A stretch of DNA of 64,000 nucleotides from Candidatus Poseidoniales archaeon. GTDB taxonomy: Archaea; Thermoplasmatota; Poseidoniia; Poseidoniales; Poseidoniaceae. Each line of letters starts with the position of its first letter. Positions within the stretch are counted from its first letter, which is position 1. The stretch covers positions 14,036-78,035 of the forward strand of contig JAYNUQ010000005.1 of NCBI GenBank assembly GCA_038116375.1, given 5' to 3'. The translations under genes and the position numbers were made by a program. Under the pieces are notes generated by a model that had not been told where the DNA came from, did no database searches, and saw nothing but the letters and a program-made list of their open reading frames with translations. Positions 28,848-41,707 of the stretch are shown here, piece after piece.

Positions 28848-30365
28848 CTAACCTTCGTGGTCGATGTTGCGGCGTGAAGCGAGCAAGGCGACGGCCAGCA
28901 CACTCAAGCTCATCAGCACGGAAATGGAAGGGACAACGTCGGCTTCGTAGCCACCCAGTTGCTCCTTTTCGAGAAGTTCACGCACATCGGCCGTGAAGTC
29001 TTCCACGCGCCACGCATCGCCCGTCCACGCAACGGTTGGTTCAAGGTCGTCGTTGAGAATGTAGGTGATGGTTGAATGGCCGACGTTGTATTCTTCACTC
29101 GTTTCGGGCACGCAGCTCAGCGGGTCGCTTTCAGCCCAGGTGTAGCCTGCGTCGCACATGCAATGTTTGGAGGACCCGCTTCCCATTTCCCAGCCGTAGC
29201 CGTTGCAAACGGTTTCATCCGAGGATTCGGTGGTTGGAGCGGGAATCATCGAGACGTTTACGTTGGAAGGAGCCCAAGCGATGTGAAGCGGCTCCGTGAA
29301 ATCGTCCATGCCCACGTTCGAGGACTCCCACTGTTCTTCCGTTTCGTTCCATCCGTAGAGGTTCCACCACCACGCGTAATCTTCCGGTGCATCTTCGTCT
29401 GAGAGGCTTGAGAGGAAGTGGCCGTAGGATGAATCTTCGATGGTGGAGTTGATGCTTGCTCCATCGAGCGTCCCTTGCGTGATGTGGTACGCATTGAAAC
29501 GCTCCAATCCTTCCTGTGTGTGCGTCCCGTTTGGCCATTGAACACCAACACTGGAAACATGAGATTCGTTGGGCGCTGGGAGCATGCTTCGATTTCCGTT
29601 CGATGGCATCCACGCAAGATGGGGCGTCTCCAAGCCGTTGGTGTCATCCATGCCAACATCCGAAACTTCCCATGTGTTGTTGGATGCGTTCCAGAGGTTC
29701 AATTCCCACCACCACGACCAATCCGAAGGGGAATCCACACCGTTGATGCCGTGAAGCAGGTTACCGTATTCACTTGCGGACGTATTGAGGGTCCACCCAC
29801 CGGCTTCTGCCACAAGTTGCGTTATCGTCCAGCCGGACCATGCAAACATGTGTTGGGAACTGTTGTTTGAGGTGTCCACCACGGTCACGGAGGCTTCACC
29901 TGGTTGGTAATCCATCACGTGCATGTCGATGACGTTTTGCTGGACAACCACTCCGAACATTTCCCAAATGGGCTCCATCTCCTCGGGGGTGCCCGTCAAA
30001 TGAGGCCATGAGGCACCCATACGCTCACTGTATTCAGCCAGCACTTCGGGGGAGTCGTGTTCAGGGTCAACACTGATGGAAACAAAGGTCACGTCATCGC
30101 GTTCTTCCTTTGTGAGCTGGTCCTCAACGGCGCTGAGGCTCACGGTCAAGACAGGACAGACGTCGGGGCATCGGGTGAAGATGAAGGACACGATCACCAC
30201 ACCTTCAGCATCGGTGTCAAACGAGAAATCTTCCCCGTACTGATCGGTTAATGTGAATGCATCCACGGGTCCACGAGCCAGTTGCTTCCCCATGTAAGCC
30301 GAGGCAGGCGTTAACAGAAAAGCGGTGAGTAACAATGCCGTCAGTGCCTTTCCGTTTGTGTTCAT
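28848..30365 (-). CDS. SCO1/SenC copper chaperone fused to a C-terminal tandem Trp-rich repeat domain, a Cys-rich module and a TM anchor
   Basis: Signal peptide. SCO motif FIFTRCPDVCP and DPEHDSPE. Two roughly 55-aa repeats (DWSWWWELNLWN…VGMDD… and DYAWWWNLYGWN…VGMDD…). CNGYGWEMGSGSSKHCMCDAGYTW. C-terminal TM. Confidence 0.75.
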   Translation of the reverse strand: MNTNGKALTALLLTAFLLTPASAYMGKQLARGPVDAFTLTDQYGEDFSFDTDAEGVVIVSFIFTRCPDVCPVLTVSLSAVEDQLTKEERDDVTFVSISVDPEHDSPEVLAEYSERMGASWPHLTGTPEEMEPIWEMFGVVVQQNVIDMHVMDYQPGEASVTVVDTSNNSSQHMFAWSGWTITQLVAEAGGWTLNTSASEYGNLLHGINGVDSPSDWSWWWELNLWNASNNTWEVSDVGMDDTNGLETPHLAWMPSNGNRSMLPAPNESHVSSVGVQWPNGTHTQEGLERFNAYHITQGTLDGASINSTIEDSSYGHFLSSLSDEDAPEDYAWWWNLYGWNETEEQWESSNVGMDDFTEPLHIAWAPSNVNVSMIPAPTTESSDETVCNGYGWEMGSGSSKHCMCDAGYTWAESDPLSCVPETSEEYNVGHSTITYILNDDLEPTVAWTGDAWRVEDFTADVRELLEKEQLGGYEADVVPSISVLMSLSVLAVALLASRRNIDHEG

Positions 30366-30374
30366 CGTGCCGCC

Positions 30375-30770
30375 TCAGCGTTGGGTAGCGATGTCCCAGT
30401 TTGGTGTGCACCAGTCAGGCAGCGCTTGAACGGAGCCTGGGTTGGACAGACCGATTCCCCAGAGCATCAAGAGCACGAAGAGCACAGGGAACAAGGCGGT
30501 GCGGGTGTAGATTCGTGGATCGCCCTTCAAGTGCATGAAGTAAGCAGCGATACCGTAACCCTTGATGACGCCAACACCGATGAGAATGGCCCAGACAGCA
30601 TAGAGCGTGATTTCAATTTCCGTTCCAGGGACGGTCTCAAAGAAGACTGCTGCCACTTCAAACAACGTGAAGAACATCAAGATGATGAAGTTCCAAAAGT
30701 AGATGTCGTAGCTGCCAGGTAGTTTCTCAACGATTGATTCAAAAATTCCAGTTGTTTCATGTTCTCCCAT
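30375..30770 (-). CDS. small 3-4 TM protein, possible prokaryotic cytochrome oxidase subunit IV-like
   Basis: 131 aa, hydrophobic, contains AAYFMHLKGD; sits between coxC and SCO1. Confidence 0.45.
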   Translation of the reverse strand: MGEHETTGIFESIVEKLPGSYDIYFWNFIILMFFTLFEVAAVFFETVPGTEIEITLYAVWAILIGVGVIKGYGIAAYFMHLKGDPRIYTRTALFPVLFVLLMLWGIGLSNPGSVQALPDWCTPNWDIATQR

Positions 30771-30779
30771 AATCTCACC

Positions 30780-32119
30780 TCAATACAGATAGAAGGCTGG
30801 GAAGATGACGACCCACGCCAAGTCAACAAAGTGCCAGTACAGCCCGAAGTATTCGATGCCTTGGCCGTTCTTTTCGTCGTAGCCGACGGTGTCGGCCTTG
30901 AAAATCAAGTACAACATCACGAGCAGGCCGATGAAGACGTGCAGTCCGTGAGCGCCGGTTGAGATGTAGAAGATGGAACCGGCTTGGGTTCCGATGGTGA
31001 AGCCTTCTGCAACGAGGTGGCTCCACTCAATCAACTTCAGAACGATGAACATCGAACCCAAGAGGAAGGTGGCGATGAGGTAGTTGCGGACCGCACTCTT
31101 CTGGTCGGGCAGGAGTTTGCCCATGAAGCCCGACGGTGCTTCCCAATCCTTGGCCTTCGCCGTCTTGAGGGCCAGCACGATGGTGTAGGACGAAATGATG
31201 AGGGCGAAGGTGTTGATGGCACCTGGCAAGAGCGTCATGAAGTCGCCTTGGCCGCCAAGGCCATCGAGCACAGCGCCGTTGGGTCGAAGGAAGTCCGATG
31301 CCGTGAGCATGTTGACTTCCTCACAATTACCGGCGTTGACCTGCCATCCCGTACACCATTCGGTGCGCATGCGGAGGTAAGACGAGAAGAAGGTGGCGAA
31401 GACCATGACTTCGGACATGATGAACACCCAGAGACCTGCTTTTCGGATGTGCTGGCCTTCGAACGGGTCGGAGGTTGCGATCTGCTCGTGATTGCCGATG
31501 AAGGGCAGGTCTTCACGCCACCAGTTGGCGACGCCAGCCGTTACGATGACCAACCCGAGCATGCTCAAACCAAGGTCGCCCAGATTGGCTTCAACGCCAG
31601 AGAGCATGTTGCCTAAGGCGCCTTGGAAGGAGGGGAAGCCCATCAGGAAAAGCATGATACCCAACGAGAAGACAATGGGTGAGCCCGAGCCGTGATGTTC
31701 GTGGTCATCTCCGCCGTAGCCGTGGTCGTCATGACCGGCATCATCAGGGAAGACCGAATTGAGGAAGCCACCCAATCCGATGAACGCAGCGTAGGTGATG
31801 CACATCAGCAGAATGGTGATGCCCGCCGTTCGGTAGGTCAGGTAGGAGAGGTGCGCCTCGATTTCGAGATGGTGTTTCTCTTCCTTGTCCTCCTTGAGCG
31901 CCTTGATTTCATCCTCGCTGGCGCCGTTGGCCTTGGCGTCCTCATAGGCATACTTCGCATCCTCGTATTCGAGAATAGCGTCTTCGTAAGCGTGGTGCTT
32001 GACGTTGGCGACGCCCACGCCCAGAGCGGCAAAGGAAATCAGGCCGATGGTGAGGAACACGCCGCCGATAAGCACGGCGCGCATCCAAATGCTGTTCTCA
32101 ACATGAGCTTCTCCCCCGC

Positions 32120-32123
<4 letters not shown>
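30780..32123 (-). CDS. coxC: cytochrome c oxidase subunit III with a roughly 230-aa N-terminal extension
   Basis: C-terminal GAHGLHVFIGLLVML…YWHFVDLAWVVIF is canonical subunit III. Start set at MSGGEAH, giving a 4-nt overlap with the coxA stop. The extension has 3-4 TM helices and the loop GHDDHGYGGDDHEHHGSGS. Confidence 0.85.
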
Positions 32124-34440
<2,317 letters not shown>

Positions 34441-34441
<1 letters not shown>

Positions 34442-35424
34442 CAGTACGCACCTCCAGCAGGTGGCGACTCGCCACTCTTCTTGACGCCGGTGTCAACCGA
34501 ACAATCGGTGCCTTCAGCGGCGACGATCTTGACTTGTCCAATCATCATGGAGTGCTGGTTGCCGCAGTACTCTGCACATCGAATGGGGAAGGTGCCCGGG
34601 TCGTCAGCGGTGATGGTCATGTAGGTCCCGCCTTCGATGCCGGGAACCAGGTCTTCCTTCACGCCCCACTCGGGCAGCCAGAAGGAGTGCTGCACGCCGA
34701 TGTAGTTGGGGTTGGAGTCATCGGAAGGTTGCGAATGCATCTCGAACACCACGGCTTCATCACAAGGCAAAATCATGTCTTCGCCAAGCGCTGATGAGAA
34801 CACATGCTGTCGTGGGATGTGCATCCATGTGTGGAGCACGTTGCCGTCAGCATCGCTGACTTCAACCATGGAATGCTGGTAGGGGTCAAAGGTGACCGAA
34901 GCCGAAGCATCGCCCGTCAACTGGTCGATGGTGACGGGGTCAAGGGTGTCCGCACCTTTGGTGATGGAAACGTTGGCTGCCAAACCGGGTGTGCTGGAAA
35001 CGGTCAACGCCGTGCCACTCCAATCAACGTCAATGCCAGAGACGGCAGGATCGTCTTCCCACGTGAGGGCGTCCTTGTATTCGTACTCCCAGAACCACTG
35101 CTTTCCGATGATCTTCATGTCGTGTGCGTCCTCATCGGCTGGAATGACCCAGACGGCGGTGTTGGAAGACAAAGCGAGCACAACGAGCCATGCAACGATG
35201 ACCGTTGGCAAGACGTAGAAGAACACCTCCAGTGTGGTGTGGTGGCGGTCAACCGGGAACGAGCCGACTTCAATATGGTCAATATGGGTCGTATCGGGTT
35301 CAACACCGTCGCGGTAGCGAATCATGGCCAAGAACATCCAGCCAAAGGTGAAGATTCCAACCAAAATGGACCAAAACATGAACTTATCATAGAGAACAGC
35401 GAATACCGTATCTTCTGCTACCAT
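34441..35424 (-). CDS. coxB: cytochrome c oxidase subunit II (CuA)
   Basis: Two N-terminal TM helices. CuA ligands H…CAEYCGNQHSMM. Roughly 70-aa insertion inside the cupredoxin domain. 1-nt stop/start overlap with coxA. Confidence 0.88.
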
Positions 35425-35638
35425 GCAACCACCCTGTTTAACCGGCCGTGTAGCCCCTCCTTAAGCGTTGCTTGATGGGGGTTAGAACGACGAATTATTT
35501 TGAAGGCCACATGGCGGGCCAGTCTGCGTTTTTTTCGCGATTTTTTCGTGCTGAAATTGAACGGTTTGGCGACCATTTCATGCCTCAGTTTTTCCATCCA
35601 TGCGATGCTACTTGAACCCCCCGCGGCGATGGTAATTT

Positions 35639-35962
35639 ATGGGCCCCATTTCCTGTCTTACCTCCACCTTGGACGGTTCGGTGGTGATGGACATTGAAGT
35701 CACGCCCGCCTCAAAGGTTCAAGGCATCACGGGATTCAATGCGTGGCGGAACCGCTTGTCCATTGCCGTTGCCGCCGAAGCCAAGCAGGGTCAGGCCAAC
35801 CAAGCCGTTGTGCATGTCCTTTCCGTTCAACTCTCCGTCGAAAAGCAGGCCATCAGCATCGTTTCAGGTCATCGCTCAAGATTGAAATCGGTCCGTGTTG
35901 AACACATCTCCGTGGAGCACCTAGCCAAGCGCATCGCTGAACGCCTCGAGGTGGAACCATGA
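35639..35962 (+). CDS. DUF167 / UPF0235 (YggU-like) protein
   Basis: …GQANQAVVHVLSVQLSVEKQAISIVSGHRSRLKSVRVE… matches the YggU family pattern; start may be the Met of MDIEVTP (35687). Confidence 0.55.
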   Translation: MGPISCLTSTLDGSVVMDIEVTPASKVQGITGFNAWRNRLSIAVAAEAKQGQANQAVVHVLSVQLSVEKQAISIVSGHRSRLKSVRVEHISVEHLAKRIAERLEVEP

Positions 35963-36438
35963 GTACGGATTCGTACCACGGCCCCAGTCGAGGCTCGTCC
36001 AATGCCGAGGAACGCTGGCACAAGGCCGCTCAGGCCATGGCCCATGCTCGCCAACGAAACAGGGAGGCGGGTGCAACCCTCTTCGTTGAAGGTCGACGAG
36101 ACCGGATAGCGCTCGAAGCCTACGGATTCGTCGGCCCTGTTGAGGTGTTAAACCGAGGCTGGCCCGTCGACGATGTCCTTGTTCACCTGGTCGAAACCTA
36201 CGGCAGGCGCAGTGAGGTTGACCGAGGACCAAGCATCATCGTGTTGATGGATTGGGACCGCACAGGAGGCCGTCTGCAGTCCACCATCCGTCGAAATTTG
36301 GAATCACTTGACGTTCGTTTTGATGAGGATTTGCGCATGACCCTCATGCGATGCCTCAAGCCCGAGACTCGCGTTGTTGAGGGTCTTTCTGGTCTCGTGG
36401 ATGCTTTGGCACCGTTGGTCGACATGTACGACGATTGA
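35959..36438 (+). CDS. small Toprim-domain protein (COG1658-like)
   Basis: Conserved Glu in LFVEGRRDRIALEAYGF and DxD in IIVLMDWDRTGGRL. Confidence 0.55.
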   Translation: MSTDSYHGPSRGSSNAEERWHKAAQAMAHARQRNREAGATLFVEGRRDRIALEAYGFVGPVEVLNRGWPVDDVLVHLVETYGRRSEVDRGPSIIVLMDWDRTGGRLQSTIRRNLESLDVRFDEDLRMTLMRCLKPETRVVEGLSGLVDALAPLVDMYDD

Positions 36439-36439
36439 T

Positions 36440-36895
36440 TCATGCATCGGTGGGGGCAGGAAAAGCATCTTCCTTGACCGTGTTCAACACCACGTGGGTG
36501 TACGAGCGCGAAACACCGTCCAACGTAAAGACCGTTTTCGTGAGGTTGTCCAAATCAGCGCGGTCTTTCACCCTCGCCAGTACGATGGAATCCCAGTCCC
36601 CGGTTACGTCGTATACGGCAAAAACGCGCGGGTCGGCCGCTATTTTTTGTTGAACGTCGATCATGCGACCTTTCTGAATACGCAGGCCAGCCATGATGGT
36701 CATGCTCCAACCCACTTCCCCCGCATTGAGCGCCACCCGGTAACCCTCAATCACGCCTTCGTGCTCGAGCCGTCGAACGCGGTTGGTCACGGTACCTTGA
36801 GCGATCCCCAATTCCCGCGCAAGTTGGCGATGACTCATGCGAGCATCCTCGCTCAGGAGGTGGAGCAGGGCTCGGTCCGTATCGTCGAGGTTCAT
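36440..36895 (-). CDS. lrp: Lrp/AsnC family transcriptional regulator
   Basis: N-terminal HTH (DRALLHLLSEDARMSHRQLARELGIAQGTVTNRVRRLEHEGVI) plus C-terminal RAM domain. Confidence 0.88.
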   Translation of the reverse strand: MNLDDTDRALLHLLSEDARMSHRQLARELGIAQGTVTNRVRRLEHEGVIEGYRVALNAGEVGWSMTIMAGLRIQKGRMIDVQQKIAADPRVFAVYDVTGDWDSIVLARVKDRADLDNLTKTVFTLDGVSRSYTHVVLNTVKEDAFPAPTDA

Positions 36896-36928
36896 ACCGA
36901 CGGGTAAGGCGTGCCTCTCTTCAATCCT

Positions 36929-38077
36929 TCACTCCTCTTCCTTTCCCGTCGATGTCGATTTTGTCGTCGAGGGCGATTGAAGCCAGAGGTGTTGTTTCCA
37001 TGCTCCATAATCTTCGATTTCAATGGCCACCTCAATGTGGCAGTCGGCCCTCATTGGCTCTCGAAACTCAACCGTGATGGATTTTGATTCATCCGTCGAG
37101 AGCTTGAGTTTTGGAGGTCGTCCTTTGAAGCGCCAAGGGGGAGCGACACTCCATGTTGTGATTCTGAATCCATAAACGCCTGCGTTCAGCGTAATGTTGG
37201 CGGCTGCTGATGCGTCGTTTGACCACGTTGCGTGCAGCCGAGGAATGGCACCCTCTCGCTGACGAACAGCAACCACGATCGAAACAAGGACCACTGCGGT
37301 GATGGCCGATAACAACAACGGCGTCCATGTTTGACCCGACGTTGTGTGCATGGAAGGGGCGGGGAGGTCTCCGTGAGCCAAGGCCAACAGGCGACCTGGG
37401 GCGTCGTTGTTCGCCTCACTTCCAAAAACGGCAACCGTGTAGGACCAACCCGTGGGGACCTCAGCGAGGTTGACGCCAGCCGCCTCCAAATGGTCTGTTG
37501 GGAGAATGGAGACCGTAGACGTGGGGGTGTTCGCTTTGACCGAGAACCCCACCTCTGGACGCATTTCTCGAACGAGATGCTCCACTTGCCTGCGGTGGTC
37601 GTCTTCTGCGACGTTTTCAGTCAGGACCACGTAGAGGATGGTGTGATTGCTGAGGTTGACCAGAGGCGTGATGGTGAGGTCAAAGGCCACCATGCGAATT
37701 CGGTCCTCGGCGGAAACCACCCTGACCTTTCCACCGACGTCAATCGTTTGCTCATCGGACAGAACGTGTGTTTCAATCACCGCATTCGACGAGGAAGCGT
37801 TGAGGGAGACGTTTCGGTTTGTTGCCCTGTACAAGGCATCATCATCAGGCCACGACGAGTCGGTTTCTGCGCTCCACGACCACCATGTCCATTGCACATA
37901 CCCCTCCGGTGAAGCAGGGACTTCCGCAAGGTCCATCGGAGCGTAGATCTCCTGCAACCCTTCGGCAACATCCGTTGAAATCTCGGCGTGGGCGTGAATG
38001 GCCCATGCCTCGTCTTCGGCTGCGAGGGCGGGCGAGAGAAACAGCAGCAAAATGAACGAGACCACGACAAGCCGCAC
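36929..38077 (-). CDS. secreted protein with a C-terminal TM anchor and cytoplasmic tail
   Basis: Signal peptide MRLVVVSFILLLFLSPALAA. TM LLLSAITAVVLVSIVVAV. Roughly 120-aa C-terminal tail. Confidence 0.5.
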   Translation of the reverse strand: MRLVVVSFILLLFLSPALAAEDEAWAIHAHAEISTDVAEGLQEIYAPMDLAEVPASPEGYVQWTWWSWSAETDSSWPDDDALYRATNRNVSLNASSSNAVIETHVLSDEQTIDVGGKVRVVSAEDRIRMVAFDLTITPLVNLSNHTILYVVLTENVAEDDHRRQVEHLVREMRPEVGFSVKANTPTSTVSILPTDHLEAAGVNLAEVPTGWSYTVAVFGSEANNDAPGRLLALAHGDLPAPSMHTTSGQTWTPLLLSAITAVVLVSIVVAVRQREGAIPRLHATWSNDASAAANITLNAGVYGFRITTWSVAPPWRFKGRPPKLKLSTDESKSITVEFREPMRADCHIEVAIEIEDYGAWKQHLWLQSPSTTKSTSTGKEEE

Positions 38078-38080
38078 GAT

Positions 38081-39841
38081 TCATTCCTCCTCGTCCCGCC
38101 ACGGCAGGCCCAATTTATGCCGAAGGATGTTCTGCTCGTTGGTGTCGATCATCAACGTGATGCGGGCCCCCACCCATACCGAAATGGTTTCTTCACCCCA
38201 CGGAAGTGTGCTGCGGAGCAGAAATGCTCCGGATGGTGGGCGGGGGGCTCCGGTCTCCTCACAGAAGGCTTCCACCAAAGGGGCCCACCCCCTGAGCAAT
38301 TGAACGAAGACGTCCTCACCAACCTCCATGAGATTTTGAGTGAACCGGTCACCGTAGGCGTAGAGCGCCTCCTGTCGAGACCGCCAAGAGTCTTTCTTCA
38401 GCGTAAATGCTGGCAGTCCAACGTGGGCTACACGCATTGGGTGAAAGGAGAACCCCCCCCAGACATCGCCTTTGTTGGTCGGCGCCTCGGGCTTGAAAAG
38501 GCGTTCATACACCATCGGTGGTGCGAGGTTGAGCCGTTTTCCACGCTGCCAAAGCGAAAAGGAATCCAGGGGCATGCCGTACATGGTTTCCAAATGCGTC
38601 ACGACACGGTCTTCGGCCAGCACCACGGAGTTAGCGGTCGGTTTGGGCGGGGTTTTCACCGTCGGCGTCCACCCTTCCGCTTTGCGAAGCGCTCGTCGTG
38701 AGCGGAAGGCGTGTGCTGCACCCTCTCCCGATATCGCCTCTTTGTGCTGGAATTGTGCGACAAAGAACCCTCCCGTATTGTTGTCATCGTGCCACAGACG
38801 CATGCATTTTGGCAAGTGTTCGAGGATGGCCCGTTCAACCTCTTCTTCTCCCCAGCCCCGGTCAATTCGAGCCTCAGGCGAGAGGTGGGCGCGGTCAAAA
38901 AACGGAAGCGATTCGACGGCATCTCCCTCAACCGCATCGCCTTCTTCATCCAGGACAGGCCACTGCGTGAGGCCAGGGTGTAAGGTGAGGTTGTCAAGGT
39001 TCATGGAGACCAATTCAAGGTAGGGGCAGCGCCGCAGAACTTCCGCCACCACCGCTTCGTTTTCGGTCGGGTCCACACTGCATGTAGAATACATCAAGCG
39101 GCCACCAGGGACGAGAAGGGAAGCGCCACGAGCAGTGATGTCAACCTGCATCTTGAACATGCGTCGACTTTCCTTTGGCGTCCAATCCCACCACACATCT
39201 CGATTTTTTCGGGTTGTTGCCGTGCCCGTGCAGGGAACATCCGCCACCACGACGTCAAATCCAGGAGGCGGAAGGCGCGCAAAATGCCGACCGTCGTGTT
39301 GGGTTACGACGATGTTGGCCAGACCCAAGCGACTTCGATTGCTGACCAACATGTTGAGTCGACCCGAAACGGGTTCGTTGGCGACCACGACGCCGTGTGG
39401 ATGGAGCAATTCCCCGAGGTGCGTCGTTTTTGACCCGGGCGCAGCGCACATGTCCAATGCCAAACTTTCGGTCGAAGGAGGCAACAGTCGAACGGGAAGC
39501 ATGCTGGCGGCTTCTTGCCGAGTGATGCGGCCTGTTTCATGAAGCAGCGCCATCATGCGTTGTGCCAAACCTTCAGGGGCACGTCCACGATGAAAGGGCA
39601 TGGTGAATGCGGTGTCCTCGGGCATCCAGGGTAGGGCTACGGCTCCCAAGGCCTTGACCTGGTCCACCGTCCACTGGCGATCGCTGCGATGAAGTGAAAT
39701 TCGAAAGGTCTCAGGGAGGGGCTCGAGCGCTCGTTCAAGCCACGCCTCAACGTTTCTTCCCAAATGACGAACCAACGCTGTCAGCGAAGATTGTTCGGCG
39801 TAGGCGCGCCGCTCGTCCTCTGCATCGGTTGGCCCTCGCAC
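38081..39841 (-). CDS. NOL1/NOP2/Sun-family RNA cytosine-C5 methyltransferase with a C-terminal extension
   Basis: DMCAAPGSKTTHL (motif I), DVPCTG (motif IV Cys), YSTCS (motif VI Cys), NTGGFFVAQF. Confidence 0.85.
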   Translation of the reverse strand: MRGPTDAEDERRAYAEQSSLTALVRHLGRNVEAWLERALEPLPETFRISLHRSDRQWTVDQVKALGAVALPWMPEDTAFTMPFHRGRAPEGLAQRMMALLHETGRITRQEAASMLPVRLLPPSTESLALDMCAAPGSKTTHLGELLHPHGVVVANEPVSGRLNMLVSNRSRLGLANIVVTQHDGRHFARLPPPGFDVVVADVPCTGTATTRKNRDVWWDWTPKESRRMFKMQVDITARGASLLVPGGRLMYSTCSVDPTENEAVVAEVLRRCPYLELVSMNLDNLTLHPGLTQWPVLDEEGDAVEGDAVESLPFFDRAHLSPEARIDRGWGEEEVERAILEHLPKCMRLWHDDNNTGGFFVAQFQHKEAISGEGAAHAFRSRRALRKAEGWTPTVKTPPKPTANSVVLAEDRVVTHLETMYGMPLDSFSLWQRGKRLNLAPPMVYERLFKPEAPTNKGDVWGGFSFHPMRVAHVGLPAFTLKKDSWRSRQEALYAYGDRFTQNLMEVGEDVFVQLLRGWAPLVEAFCEETGAPRPPSGAFLLRSTLPWGEETISVWVGARITLMIDTNEQNILRHKLGLPWRDEEE

Positions 39842-39912
39842 AAATCCTGCTCGAGCGTCTCGTCCTTTGGTCTTCCGCCATCATCAAAAGGTGCCACCGA
39901 TTCATTCGCTTC

Positions 39913-41256
39913 ATGCTGGCTGCAACCGTCTCGTGGTACCTGCCAGCCCTCTTCCTTTCCTGTCTTGCTTGGGGATTTGCGTTTTCGTTCCATGGCGCTC
40001 TTCAACACCGTCGTGTCGTGCATGGACTCTACCTTTGGACGCCACCCGTATTGGTGGCGGGTTTGTTGGCCTCGAGAGCCGTTGACGTGTTCACCCTCGA
40101 CGTCACGCACCCAGAAGTGGCGTTCGTTTTTGCTGGCCAAGCGACCATCGGCGAACAACTGCGGTTGTTGTTCACTGGCCAAGGTGCGTTGGAGGGAGCC
40201 CTGTTGTCCCTGATGGTCTTCTCATTGTTTGCACCACGTTTGCCCAGTTTGCGCGGTTGTTCGGTAGCGACCTCGGCCTTTGTTCAATCAAGAATGATGA
40301 CCCACAGCGGCTGGTGGGCGTTGATGTTGCTGATGTTTCTCTTTCAACAGGAGGTGTACACGGTGGCTGAAACGCTCCCCTCCTCACCTACCGTGGCCCT
40401 TTCTGGGTGGAATGTTTTCGTTGCCATCGCCGTGTTTACGCTCCTGCTCATGATGTCGGGCGAGATGCTCACGGCCTCCGCCCATATCGCCTCCAGCGGT
40501 GAAACATCGGTGTTGTTCAAGCGGGCCGTCATGAAGACGGTGGTGGCCGGTGCGGTCGCTTGGTGGTTGTTGTTTCAAACAGCGATGTTCACCGAGGCGT
40601 GGTGGGACAGGCCGACTTCCGATGCCCGCCTCGCAGTTGGGATCCTGATTGCTGTGTACGCCACCTGGACCGCACTTGTTCATGGGTTTTCGACGGTGGC
40701 AGAAGGCCTCCAAGCTCCTTCATCCAGCCAAGCCAAATCCTTGGCGTGGTGTGCGGGCCTGACCGCCGCAGTGTGTTTGCTGTTGACAGGAAGCACGGCT
40801 GATGCGGTTCACACCTACGGAAACGGTCTTGACGCGTTCCTTGTGGGTTGGCGATGGACGGCCGTGTTGATGTTTTTTGCAGCGGCAGCCATGATGTTGC
40901 CAACCGTTGGCTTTGATGCAGCCCATCACCCCGAAGCGTGGTGGTTTCGCTCAGCGCTGGTGATGGTTGTTCCGTTGGGTGTGCTGGCCTCCGATGGCGC
41001 ATGGCTCTTGCTCCCAGGTGTGTTGATGGCTGGAGCATCCTACCCGCTTGTGTATGCCGTCCTCATCAGCCGTTCACCCCCGCATCGCCAACCGCTGCTT
41101 TTGGTGGCTGGGATGGTGTGGTCGCTTGGTGTTGGGGTCTCATTTATGACAGCGGCACCGGAAAGAACCTTGATGCTCTCACTTGCGACGTTGGTCGTTG
41201 TATCGATGTTGTGCGCGTTGTGGTTGCGAAGTGACGTTCAAACGCCGGTGGCATAA
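39913..41256 (+). CDS. polytopic membrane protein (about 12 TM), unknown function
   Basis: Very hydrophobic 447-aa region; start moved downstream of the NSUN gene overlap. Confidence 0.5.
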   Translation: MLAATVSWYLPALFLSCLAWGFAFSFHGALQHRRVVHGLYLWTPPVLVAGLLASRAVDVFTLDVTHPEVAFVFAGQATIGEQLRLLFTGQGALEGALLSLMVFSLFAPRLPSLRGCSVATSAFVQSRMMTHSGWWALMLLMFLFQQEVYTVAETLPSSPTVALSGWNVFVAIAVFTLLLMMSGEMLTASAHIASSGETSVLFKRAVMKTVVAGAVAWWLLFQTAMFTEAWWDRPTSDARLAVGILIAVYATWTALVHGFSTVAEGLQAPSSSQAKSLAWCAGLTAAVCLLLTGSTADAVHTYGNGLDAFLVGWRWTAVLMFFAAAAMMLPTVGFDAAHHPEAWWFRSALVMVVPLGVLASDGAWLLLPGVLMAGASYPLVYAVLISRSPPHRQPLLLVAGMVWSLGVGVSFMTAAPERTLMLSLATLVVVSMLCALWLRSDVQTPVA

Positions 41257-41300
41257 ACGGCATCAAGGGCTTCACTTGTGTCGCGCTTCTTATTAGTGCA

Positions 41301-41705
41301 TTGAGGAAGGGGCAAGTGGAATCTTCGGATTTCAGGGATGGGACCCACATGGCACGAGCCTTCCGCGCAGGCGTTGAACCGACACGAAAACTACGCATAC
41401 CGATTCGTCAACGGTTGTGGCAACCGGTACGAGATCTTGCTTCACTCACTTCGCGAGCTCAACGCATCGGTCAACAGATGGGTCCTCTGACAGAAGTTCC
41501 CGCACTTGTGCGTATCGAAAACGAACACTGGATTTTTGAGCGGATTGAAGCCTCAACCCTTCAGGACCTGACGCATCGTTTGGTCCTTCAGACCACCGAG
41601 GGTGAGGAGGTGCTGGGCGTCACCGAGGATTTCTCGACGGCGCTGGAAGTTGCACGTTGCATGGCTGAAAACGACCAGAAGGTCGTGTTGATTCAGGCGC
41701 TCTGA
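41301..41705 (+). CDS. hypothetical protein
   Basis: 134-aa ORF, no recognisable motif. Confidence 0.35.
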   Translation: MRKGQVESSDFRDGTHMARAFRAGVEPTRKLRIPIRQRLWQPVRDLASLTSRAQRIGQQMGPLTEVPALVRIENEHWIFERIEASTLQDLTHRLVLQTTEGEEVLGVTEDFSTALEVARCMAENDQKVVLIQAL

Positions 41706-41707
41706 TT

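Noticed and set aside
28677-28877. 66-aa ORF on the plus strand
   Set aside because: It overlaps the hand-folded tRNA-Ser and its flanks; no coding signal.
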